In this document: positions 39,324 to 50,151 of the stretch, in pieces
Layout: each line of letters begins with the position of its first letter
How positions within the stretch are numbered: the first letter of the stretch is position 1
Assembly (NCBI GenBank): GCA_964016885.1
Contig: OZ024741.1
Coordinates: forward strand, 208,196,001 to 208,260,000
Direction: 5' to 3'
Length of the DNA stretch: 64,000 bases
DNA from: Eledone cirrhosa
Lineage: Eukaryota
The notes under the pieces: generated by a model
The model's input: only the letters and a program-made list of their open reading frames with translations
The model's database searches: none
What the model was told of the DNA's origin: nothing
Translations under genes and position numbers: made by a program

Positions 39324-40448
39324 TTGCATTTATCTTGCTTTATGTTTATACGAGTTATCACCAAGTCACAACCAGTGACCTCAAGAGACAACAAGGTCCG
39401 CCATGTTCAAGAAAGAACACACATATTCACACATGCATCCTTAGTGTTTAGACTTGTGATGTACTTATATTGACAGGATCTTCCTTAGTATATGGGCAGT
39501 TCCCATTAGTACTATCTTTTGTATTTCTCCTATACGCGGGTTTCCTGGGATTTGCGATAAGTAGTCGTTAGACCCCTTAGGTATCATTCCCAGAGTGCCT
39601 ACAACCACTGGTATTGTTTTAGTTCTCAATTTCCACATTTTTCCAATTTCTATCTCCAGGTCCTTATATTTGCTCAATTTTTCAAATGTTTTTATAGATA
39701 CATTCTTGTCTATTGGAACAGACATATCAATTAGCAGGCATACCCTCCTTTGAAAGTCCTTCAATATTATATCAGGTCTATTTGCATCTATTTTTCGGTC
39801 TGTTTGGATGCTAAAGTTCCACAAGATTGAGATGTGATCTTTTTCAAGTATGGGAGGTGGTTGATGCTCCCACCAATTCTTTTGATGGGGCAGGTCAAAA
39901 TGCTTACACATTATCCAATGTATGTATTGTGCAGCTCTGTCATGCCTGTTTAGGTATTCGGTTGGAGCTATAGGACTGCACATTGAAATTATATGGTCAA
40001 TGGTCTCTGGTTGTTTTTTGCATACACGGCATAATGGGCTGCACCCATTTTTTATTATGTTGGCTTGGTAATTTTTTGTTGGCAGACACTGATCTTGTGC
40101 GGATATAATCAGTCTTTCAGTCTCCGATTTCAGTCCAGAGGATGCCAACCACTGATGGGTTAAAGTTTTGTCAACATCAGGATTGTTAGCTCGCTCTGGG
40201 TATTTTCCATACAGAGGCTTTTCTTGCCATTTCTTAGCCAGTTTCTGTAGCAGTTCTTTCTTTGCAGTTACTTTTACCTGCTTTGCTTTTTCTGTGTTTT
40301 CCATTTCAGCAGTAAATGGGACTTCTGAAATTTGTAGTCCATTACTGTATCTTTGTGCATCTTTTGTAATGGAATATGATCTTTTGGTGCTTTCGTGTTT
40401 CAAAACGAGTTTGATCATCCAATCATGTGATTCCCTTAGATATGTGGA

Positions 40449-40450
<2 letters not shown>
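39324..40450 (-). mobile_element. 5'-truncated R4/Dong-like copy, family B
   Basis: SAQDQCLPT, CRVC...ETIDHIISMC and NRPDIILKD...LIDMSVP. Same 3' UTR as 58905-59048. (ATT)n on both sides. Confidence 0.9.
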
Positions 40451-40494
<44 letters not shown>

Positions 40495-40500
40495 GTTGTT

Positions 40501-42355
40501 GTTATTCCTTGAATCTCAGTCATTGATGTTGGTTAACTGAAAATTCCGTTGGATTGAATATCAAGCCACTACCTGCAGCCTCAGATATTCAGGACGTATC
40601 GGAGGGTTCTTGCTGTTCCAAGCAAGCATGCCTTTTGAAGCGTTCCAAAAAGCGTGAAGGGGCCGATTTTCTTTAACCATCCCTGGAAACTTTTGGAGGT
40701 AGTCCCCATTGCGCCTATGACAATCGGGATCACTTTGACTTCATGGCAGTTCCAAATCCTTTTCACCTCCCACTTTAGGTCCTGGTATCGGTTAATTTTC
40801 TCCCTCTCCTTCTCTTGCACTCTCGTGTCGAAAGGGCAGGCCACATCCACAATCAGACACGATCTTTTTTCTTTGTCCACAACCACCAGGTCAGGTCTAT
40901 TGTGTTCCAGTTTTTTGTCCGTCTGTATCCTAAAATCCCACAGCACCTTCACCTGATTGTTCTCCATCACCGCCTCTGGTCTATGCTCATACCATTTCTC
41001 AGAATGTGGTAAATTGTTTACTTTGCACAGGTGCCAGTGGATCACCCTGCCCATCACATCGTGTCTCCAGCCCTTATAGTGGGTCTGGGCTAGGTGTTTA
41101 CACTCGGACACAATGTGAGCCACAGTCTCCTCTCTATCTCCACAGATCCTGCACAGTGGGCTAGCCTCCTCCTTGTAAATATGGTGCTTCAACCACTTCG
41201 TTTTGAGGGCCTGCTCCTGCGCAGCCATTAGCATTCCTTCTGTAGCCTTTTTGAGGTCTCCTCTTCTCAACCAGTTCCATGTCTGTGGATCTCTAAATTC
41301 AGTTTTCTCAAAGAAGGTACTATGAAGGGATTTTCCCTTAAGGCTGCTCTTCCTCCTTGATGTTATTTCCTCCTTGGACATCCCCTGGCCTACTGTCCCC
41401 TCCTTCAGTACAGTTCTGAGCATTGGCTCCTTACTATAGGTCACGTATTTGTATAGGTTGTTTTTCTCCATCTGAACACAGTCCTCTATGCTGATAAGAC
41501 CTCTTCCACCCTCAGATCTCCTTAGGTAGAGTCTATCGACATCACTCCTCTTGTGGAACATGTTGTAGATAGTCAATAGCTTCCTAGTCTTCCTATCCAT
41601 TTCTTTTTGTTCAGCAACATTCCATCTCAGAATTGCCGCACTGTACCTAATAATAGACACAGCTCGGGAATTTACTGCGCTTATGGCATTTCTGCTGTTC
41701 AGATGTGACTTCAATACGCTCCTTACTCTCCGAATGTATTCAGTTCTTAACAATTCCTTCATTTTTTTGTTCTTTATGCCATCTGCCTCCAGAGCGCCCA
41801 AATACTTGTATCCTTCCTCAGAGTCAATTTCCTTTATCATCTCACCTGTTGGTATCTGGATCCCGTTACTTCTGCTCAACCTACCCCTCCTCATCACAAT
41901 GACTCCACATTTACTAATACCAAACTGCATACATATATCACTGCTGAAAATACGGACAGTGTCAACAAGCACATCCAACTCCTTCTCACTTTTCCCGAAG
42001 AGCTTAAGATCGTCCATGAAGAGGAGGTGATTGATGGTAAGCTCTCCCTTTCCCAACTTGTATCCTGCTCTCACTTTTCGCAGCATAATGGTCAAGGGCA
42101 TCAGGGCAAGGACAAACAACAGAGGGGACAGGCTATCTCCCTGGAAGATACCTCTCTTGATCTTCACGCTTCCCAAGGATACTCCAGTTGATGTCAACTC
42201 TGTCTCCCAGGACCCCATACTCCTGCCCAGCAACTGTCTGATGTTATCTGCCACCCTGAAGATCTCCAGGCTTTTGGTGATCCAAGAATGAGGCACCATG
42301 TCAAATGCCTTTCTGTAGTCTATCCATCCCATGGCAAGATCAGTGTGTCTCCTCC

Positions 42356-42356
<1 letters not shown>
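40501..42356 (-). mobile_element. 5'-truncated young R4/Dong-like copy (subfamily A'), uninterrupted ORF 42332-40581
   Basis: WIDYRKAFD, GIFQGDSLSPLLF, LFMDDLKLF, CCHC and RPD..D motifs. Near-identical to 50152-52010. Confidence 0.95.
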
Positions 42357-42386
<30 letters not shown>

Positions 42387-42387
42387 G

Positions 42388-44197
42388 TTGTTGTTTGAGT
42401 CTCAGACATTGATGTTATTTAACTGGAAAGTTTGTTGAAATGAATATCAAGCCAGTACCTGCAGCCTCAGATATTCAGGACGTATCGGAGTGTTCTTGCT
42501 GTTCCCAGCAAGCATGCCTTTTGAAATGTTCCAAAAAGCGAGGCTGGACTAATTTTCTTTAACCATCCTTGGAAACTCTTTGAGATAGTACCTAGTGCGC
42601 CTATGATAATCGGGACCACTTTGACTTAATGGCAGTTCCAAATCCTTTTTACCTCCCACTTTAAGTCCTGCTATCGTTTAATGTTCTCCCTTTCCTTCTC
42701 TTGCACTCTCGTGTCGAATGGGCAGGCTACATCTACAATCAGGCACGAACTTTTTTCCTTGTATAAAACCACCAGGTCAGGCCTATTGTGTTCCAGTTTC
42801 TTGTCCGTTTGTATCCTAAAATCCCACAGCACCTTCACCTAATCGTTTTCTATCACCGACTCTGGCTTATGCTCATACCACTTCTCAGAATGTGGTAAAT
42901 TGTTTACTTTGCATAGATGCCAGTGGATCACCCTGCCCATCAGATCATGTCTCCAGCCTTTATAGTGAGTCTGGGCTAGGTGTTTACACTCGGATACAAT
43001 GTGAGCCACAGTCTCCTCTCTCTCTCCACAGATCGTACACAGTGGGCTAGCCACCTCCTTGTAAATATGGTGTTTCACCCACTTCGTTTTGAGGGCCTGC
43101 TCTTGCGCAAACATTAGCATTCCTTCTGTAGCCTTTTTAAGGTCTCCTCTTTTCAACCAGTTCCATGTCTGTGGATTTGTATATTCAGTTTTCTCAAAGA
43201 AGGTACTATGAAGGGATTTTCATGAAGGTTGCTCTTTCTCCTTGTTGTTATTTCCTCCTTCGATATCCCCTGGTCTATTGTCCTCTCCTCAGTACAATTC
43301 TTAACATTGGCTCCCTACTATCAGTCACGTATTTGTGTAGGTTGTTTTCCCCATCTGAACACAGTCCTCTATGCTGATAAGACCTCTTCCACCTTCAGAT
43401 CTCCTTAAATAGAGTATATCGACATCACTCCTCTTGTGGAACATGTAGATAATCAATAGCTTCCTAGTCTTCCTATCCATTTCTTTTTGTTCAGCAACAT
43501 TCCATCTCAGAATTGCCGCACTGTACCTAATAATAGACACAGCTCGGGAATTTACTGCACTTATGGCATTCCTACTGTTCAGATGTGATTTTAATACGCT
43601 CCTTACTCTCGAATGTATTCAGATCTTATCAATTCCTTCATTTTTTTTGTTCTTGATGTCATCTGCCTCCAGAACACTTAAATATTTGTATCCTTCTTCA
43701 GTGTCCTTTGTCACCTCACCTGTTGGTACCTGGATTCCGTTGCTTCTGCTCTATTTACCCATCTTCATCGCTAGGACTCTACACTTACTAATACCAAATT
43801 GCATACATATATCATTGCTGAAAATACGGACAGTGTCAACAAGCACATCCAACACCTTCTCACTCTTCTCGAAGAGCTTAAGATCGTCCATGAAGAGGAG
43901 GTGATTGATGGTAAGCTCTCCTCTTCCCAACTTGTATCCTGCTCTCACGTTTCACAGTATAATGGTCAGAGGTATCAGGGCAAGGACAAACAATAGAGGG
44001 GACAAACTATCTCCCTGGAATATACCTCTCTTGATCTTCACGCCTCCCAAGGATTCTCCACACGATGTTAACTCTTCATACTTTTGCCCAACAACTGTCT
44101 GATATTATCTGCCCCCTTGACGATCTCTAGGCTTTTGGTTATCCAAGAATGAGGTACCATGTCGAATGCCTTTTTGTAGTCTATCCATCCCATGGCA
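42388..44197 (-). mobile_element. 5'-truncated, frameshifted R4/Dong-like copy, family A
   Basis: Same RT-CCHC-RLE order with several frameshifts. (ATT)n on both sides. Confidence 0.9.
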
Positions 44198-44427
44198 TTA
44201 TTATTATTATTATTGAATGCCATGTTGACGGAGGCTCGGCTCTGTAAGGTATGGTAAATTTTGACCGCTATAACAATTGTAAATTGATTAATACTTTAAC
44301 CAAATTGTAGACAAAAGCACCCTCCTCCTCGTGAGAGGGGTCTTTCTGCCCGTTATCTGGCCCTTCGGGGTTGAATAGTCGCTTATTGGGGTTTTGTGCC
44401 CAATATTTATTTTAAACAAAAAAAAAC

Positions 44428-45882
44428 ATGGCTACGAAAAAGAATTTTCATAGGTCACTCCCACTCATTCCGTCTTCTTCTTCCTCAATCGTCACTACAG
44501 CAGAGAGAAGATTGTCTCTCTCCCTCCCTTCTCTTTCGCAAGCGACGCCAGTAAAGAAAAATCATGTGCAAAGCATGGAAGATTTCTCCACGACGACGAC
44601 AACGACGAAAAAGGTGTGCGGGAAATACGAAAACCCATTTCATTCGTCTGACGTCATGAATAATAGCAATAGCAGCCGTAATAACAGCAGCAGCAGCAAC
44701 AGTGACAAGGAAAACAACAGTAGCAGCCGCAACAGCATCAGCAGCAGTATAAACAACAACAGCATTAGCAGCAACAGCAACAACAACAGCAGCAGCAGCA
44801 ACAACAACAACAACCACAGCAACAGCGGCGGCGGCAGTAGTCGTAGTACTTGCAGCAACAACAAAAGTAACAGCAGCTCTGACGACGACAACAACAACAA
44901 CAACAACAACAGCAGCAAAGAAAAACCAATCTCGTTTGCAGGTATCGCAAAGAACCTGGAAAACATACTCATACCAAATGAGGAATTACAGGAAGCGAAG
45001 AAGATGGTGACGAATACAGGACACCGAGCAATCTGCAAGGCAGCGGAAAAATCTATCGAAACCCAACAGCACTGTACGGTCACGTACAGTACAGTAAGCA
45101 CAAAATCCCGTAGGGTTGAAAGGGCCACAGAGGCTCAAATACAAAAAGCCTTAGGGTCTGTGTGGCAGCGTAAAACGCATATCACCCGAGGCAAGAAATA
45201 TGCCACCGCAGACGTGCTTTTTGCCACACCCCAGGAGGCAAAGGCTCAATCCTTAGTGACCCTAAGGGGCGAGAAAACGGAGTTGGTGCCCTCCTACTGC
45301 GGGCAAAAAATTGTGAGGGTCAAACTGACCCCCCCCCCCCCCGGGATGGCCCCTTCTTGGCTGGCCGCATTTGTCCTCGTCGGAATCGAGGACAAAACAA
45401 CTGTACTGCAAGTACAGAAAAGAGTAAGAGAAGATTGGGTCGGCACCTCCATTGAGATGTGCATCGAAGCTATCCCGGATGTGATAGACTTCGATAACGG
45501 CACTCAACTGCCCATAAGTGTTGAGGGCAAACGCCCGAATTGCTTTCGCTGTGGATCGAAGACTCACCTCAGGGCCTTCTGCAACGAGAAGACCCTGAGA
45601 AAGGAGACCCCCCCCCTCCTTCTGAATCCGGCTCCACTGCTACCAGCAACAGGACAAGCGGCAACTAGGAACGATAGGTCTGTGGCACCCATACCCACGC
45701 CACGGAAATCAAAAACAGCAGCAGCAGTGGAAATATTAACAACAACAACAGTAATACCAAATGCAGCTGCAACAGAGACTCCACTGCAAACATCACCAAC
45801 AACAACAAGTGAAAGAGTGGAGCTGGTACCACTCCCCGACCTTACGGAATCAGACATGGAGTGTGAGGTGGGAGAGGGATGA
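44428..45882 (+). CDS. Tx1-like ORF1 (Ser/Asn low-complexity N-terminus, CCHC zinc knuckle); probably continues by frameshift to ~46524
   Basis: SFAGIAK and EGKRPNCFRCGSKTHLRAFC. Homologous to the ORF1 pieces at 52913-54462. Confidence 0.75.
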   Translation: MATKKNFHRSLPLIPSSSSSIVTTAERRLSLSLPSLSQATPVKKNHVQSMEDFSTTTTTTKKVCGKYENPFHSSDVMNNSNSSRNNSSSSNSDKENNSSSRNSISSSINNNSISSNSNNNSSSSNNNNNHSNSGGGSSRSTCSNNKSNSSSDDDNNNNNNNSSKEKPISFAGIAKNLENILIPNEELQEAKKMVTNTGHRAICKAAEKSIETQQHCTVTYSTVSTKSRRVERATEAQIQKALGSVWQRKTHITRGKKYATADVLFATPQEAKAQSLVTLRGEKTELVPSYCGQKIVRVKLTPPPPGMAPSWLAAFVLVGIEDKTTVLQVQKRVREDWVGTSIEMCIEAIPDVIDFDNGTQLPISVEGKRPNCFRCGSKTHLRAFCNEKTLRKETPPLLLNPAPLLPATGQAATRNDRSVAPIPTPRKSKTAAAVEILTTTTVIPNAAATETPLQTSPTTTSERVELVPLPDLTESDMECEVGEG

Positions 45883-46558
45883 CAAAAGGTCGCAAGAAGG
45901 CACAAACGCAGAAGCAGCGCATCGTCGCCTTCGAAAAGGGAGGAAAGAAATGAAAAAAGGGTAAAGGCTACTGCAAAGAGACTCACAGCAGCAACACCAC
46001 CAACACCATCACCACCCACACTAACACCACCATCACCACCGGCGACAACCCCAACGCCAACAACAACAGCACATTCAACACCACCACCTCAAGCACCAAC
46101 ATCGCAAACACAACAAAACACACACACCCAGCAACAATGACAAGAAAATAGCAGAACCCCACCCCACCTGCAGAAAAACAAATGTACGACAATAAATACA
46201 CACAACAAGAAACTAATGACTTACATAATTGAACACACAGACATTTCACAACGCGACTACATAATACCAGCACCAATCAAAACGCCAACTAACATAAGAC
46301 TGCTAAAAATAGCACAGAAACAATACACAAACATTAAAACGAAATTCCCCAACGCAGTTAGTGATTTCAGAGACCTAGGAGGGACTCTCAACCGGAGAGT
46401 ATATTCGGACATACTCATAGAAGAGCCGACGACCAGCCGAAGGGACGATTCAACGGTCCCTTCACCAGACGATCAAGTGAAAAGGGATGGAGAAACCATA
46501 CTTCCTCTACGAAAAGTACGGTAAGTGGTCATTCCCATCTTTTCCACTCCATTTCAAC

Positions 46559-49500
46559 ATGACCTTACTCAGAATAGGCAGCATAATTGCGCGTGGCTTG
46601 GGGTCGTGATGCAAGCAGGGCCACCTGCTCAACGACCTCTAAACGACCACTAAACATAGATGTAGTGACCATCAGCGAGACCAAAATCTCCGAAGCACGG
46701 GCCTTCGCACCAATCTTTGGTCGGCTACGATGTGTACGCATCTCCCAGGCGTCCTGGATCGGGGGGAAGAGTTGATGTGCTTTTTCGGAGAGGTTTGGAT
46801 CTCGCCATACGGGCCATCTTCCTGGACCCAAAGGGTAAGTTGGTGGTGCTGGACGTGACCAGCGGAGACGGGCAAGCTTTCAGGCTAATGGCCGTCTATG
46901 CCCCGACAGGAGCAGGGCGGCCTGATTTCTTACGGCGTCTGGAGATCTTTCTTGGAACGTCCCGCTCTTTAGTGTTAGTGGGCGACTGGAACGGGATCTT
47001 AGATGCACGCTGGGACTGTGTGGGATTAGCGGATAGAAGAGGAGGGTGTAAGAGCCTCACCAACCTGCTCAGGTGTTTCGAACTGTCTGACAGGTACCGA
47101 TTGGATTTCCCGAATGTGCCATTGTGGACTTGGACAAATCGCATAGGGTCATCCAGATCATATCTAGATAGAGTATTTTGTAGGGAAATAGATAGGTCTA
47201 GCATAGGCTGTCCACAATTCAAGATAGTCAGCTACATGGACCACAAATTCGTGATCTGTGAGCTTGACTTAGATAGGCTTCATAGACGAAGACCCGGCTA
47301 TTGAAGCTAAACGCATCCTTACCAGCGCGCAAGGCCTACAGAGACCGGATTAGCGAACTAGTTAAGCGGGCGTTGACGGGGGCCATCGTCAACAACAAGT
47401 GGTGGTTTGCTCTGAAAAGAGCGATTAGAATAAGGCCCATTAGGTTTAGTAAGGCTTTAGCAATAGAGAAAAACAGAGCAGAGGGAGAACTAGTTAGAAA
47501 ATTAGACGAGGCGCTTAGCAAAGGCATCGCGACCGACGTGCTTGCGGCGAAATTGGCACTTGACCAATTCTTCAATGCAAAGCACGAAGGCTGCGTTGTC
47601 AGATCTAGGGTGCGTGCTCTCAGACACGAGGGGACAAAAGCCGTTCAATGGGCCCGAGTGGCGGAGGCGCGTCGTGGCAACAAAGCCACGATCCGGTCTT
47701 TGGTGGACCACGACGGGCTCATGCTACTCGATCCCGGGAAAATGTGTGAAGCTTTTCAGCGACACTTCACTCAACTGTTCGGGGGCAGCGGTGGGCCGGG
47801 TCGAGGGATGGACTTTAGTGTCTGTCTCGACGGACTGCCGCGGCTCTCGGCCACTGAGGCGGAGTGTTGCCAAAAGCCGAAAACAGCCGCTGAAGTACGG
47901 GAGGCAATGACTGGCAGCACAAGGGGTAAATCGCCTGGTTTGGATGATCTGTCCTATGAACTTTACGTACAGATGCCAGACATGTTCGGAGGCCTCTTGG
48001 AGGACGTATACTACAATTGACAACAGAACGGGAGAATTCCTAGCTCTGTGAGCCGAGGAGCCGTTACACTGCTGAGTAAGGATCCGAACAAGGGGGATAA
48101 CATAGATAATTTCAGGCCCATAACTCTGCTAAACAAGAGTTCAAGATTTTGGCCAAGGTGCTAGCAAAGAGGTTGGCGCTTGTCGACAGATCTATCCACG
48201 ACAACCTCCACCTCATGCGATACATCGTAGAGAGGGTAGCTAGGGAACCTGGCACGGGTGGGTCTTTGATCAATTTAGATCAGTCGAAAGCTTTTGATAA
48301 GGTCGACCTCGTTACCTAGCGGCAGTCCTGAGGGCGGCTGGCTTTGGGCCCGTCTTCACAGGCTGGACTGCTGCCATGCACAGCGAAATCTGCTCTGTGG
48401 TGAGAGTGAACGGTCACCTTTCGGAACCGTTCAACATCATGCGCTCGGTCCGCCAAGGATGTCCCCTCTCGTCCCTCTTGTACGTATTGACTCTCGAGCC
48501 ATTACTGCACAAACTGGAGACGTTGAGGGGCGTCCCACGCGAACTAGGATGCAGAAGATCCGTGTCTGCATATGCAGACGATGTCACCGTAGTGGTGTCG
48601 AACGCCAAACACATCGAGGCGATCGGTACTACACTAAGAGAACACGAAGCGGTGACAGGAGCAATGATCAACCAGGAAAAGTCAGTGGGCCTGCAGCTCG
48701 GCACTTGGAGAGGCTGGACGGACGGACCGTTTAAATTGCTAGGGGTCTGGTTCGGTCCGGACCTCCAGACGGACAAAAACTGGGAGGAGGTGACGAGCAG
48801 TTTGGCTTCTCTCACCCAGAAATGGGCGGAGAGGAAGCTATCCCTGAAAGGTCGAGCGGAGGTGGCTAACGCGTACATCGCGTCTGTCATCTGCTACCGC
48901 CTGACCGTCGTACCTTGTCCTAAGCCCCGCCTGACTGCGCTGGAGCGTTTGCTCTTTCGCTTTTTGTGGAAGGGCCGCGCTCCGATGGTCAGGCGGTCCA
49001 TCTGCTGTCAACACCCGCTACGTGGAGGGCTGGGAATGCCGTGGCTGATGATGCGCAGACACGCGCTCAGGCTACATCTCCACCTCTTCCTCGACGGTGA
49101 TCAGGTGTGGTCGCAGTTTGCTAGACACGTATTTCCCCAGCTCGTTTCCTTGACGGAGCTGCAGTCCTGGGTCAAGCGAAGACCGAGAGGGATCGCCTGG
49201 AGATTGGAATGTCTTCAGGCGCTCACAGCCCTCGACTAATCGGGCAATGTGATCGGTGGAAACTCCACCTCGGCGTTCTATAGAGGATTAGTGGAGGGGA
49301 AGAGCGACGACGTACTTGGGGAAACTCTAGACGTCGACGAAAATCAACTAGCCAATCTCTTCGGAATAACTTTCGGGCCAGGGCCTATGGACAACTTCCA
49401 GAAATCTCTGGCCTAGCAGTGCTACCGAGAAGCCTTGCCAGTTCGGGATAAACTCTACAGGCATGGAGGTGCCGTCAGCCGGGCATATCCGAGATGCGCA

Positions 49501-49890
49501 CAGGGCGACGAAACGGTCCTACACGCACTCGTCCAGTGTCGGAAAATTACTGACTTGTGGGTTTATGTCGAACACCTGCTGTCGCGTGTAGGACATCTGA
49601 GTCCATCGTGAGGATTGCCCCGCCCTCCTCCTTTAGCCGGGAAGGGCAGGCAGTTTTTATCTGTCTGGTGGCCATGGCGAAAGAGATAGTATGGTGGACA
49701 CGTTTGAAAGGGCTGAAGACGAGCACTTACCTCTTCGGTGATGCCCTGATTGAGTTTTCAAATTTCATTTGAAAAGGAAAATCAGAGTAGAGAGGGAAGT
49801 GCTCTCTTCCCAGCATTTTGTTGAAAGATGGGTGAGAGAAGCAAGAATGGCCCGAGTGAATACTCTGAGTATATATCTGTAAATTAAAGG
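46559..49890 (+). pseudogene. Tx1-like ORF2 (AP endonuclease + RT + C-terminal Cys region) with stops and frameshifts
   Basis: MTLLRIGS..ARGL, SET, VYAP, GDWN, SRSYLDR, DH, KSPGLD, LDQSKAFD, RQGCPLS and AYADD. Confidence 0.9.
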
Positions 49891-50151
49891 TGGAAAACTG
49901 GGAGAGGGCACTTGCCTTGGTGGTCAGGGTCACTGTGGCCTTTTACTGGGCTTTCTCCACAAATGTCCCTCTGAAGTCTCCCCCCTATTAGGGAATTTTT
50001 CATTGTTATTTTTTTGTTACATCCTCTGTTTTTGTTTTTTACACGCAGAAATGCCCATTTGTACCGTACTGTATTGTTCTGCACTGTCCTTAATGTCTAC
50101 TTTATGTAAACCCTTGTGGTTAATAAAGAAATCATTATTATTATTATTATT

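Larger units (their letters stand above)
44215..50133 (+). mobile_element. Full-length Tx1/L1-clade LINE (family T1) between (ATT)n tracts; ORF2 disrupted
   Basis: 5' UTR is shared with 63840-64000. ORF1 has a CCHC knuckle; ORF2 has APE and RT motifs. Ends ccttgtggttaataaagaaatc-(att)n. Confidence 0.9.

Noticed and set aside
39465-40523. 352 aa ORF with a poly-Ile N-terminus as a membrane or signal-anchored protein
   Set aside because: Poly-Ile is the (AAT)n junction read in frame into a truncated R4-like ORF.
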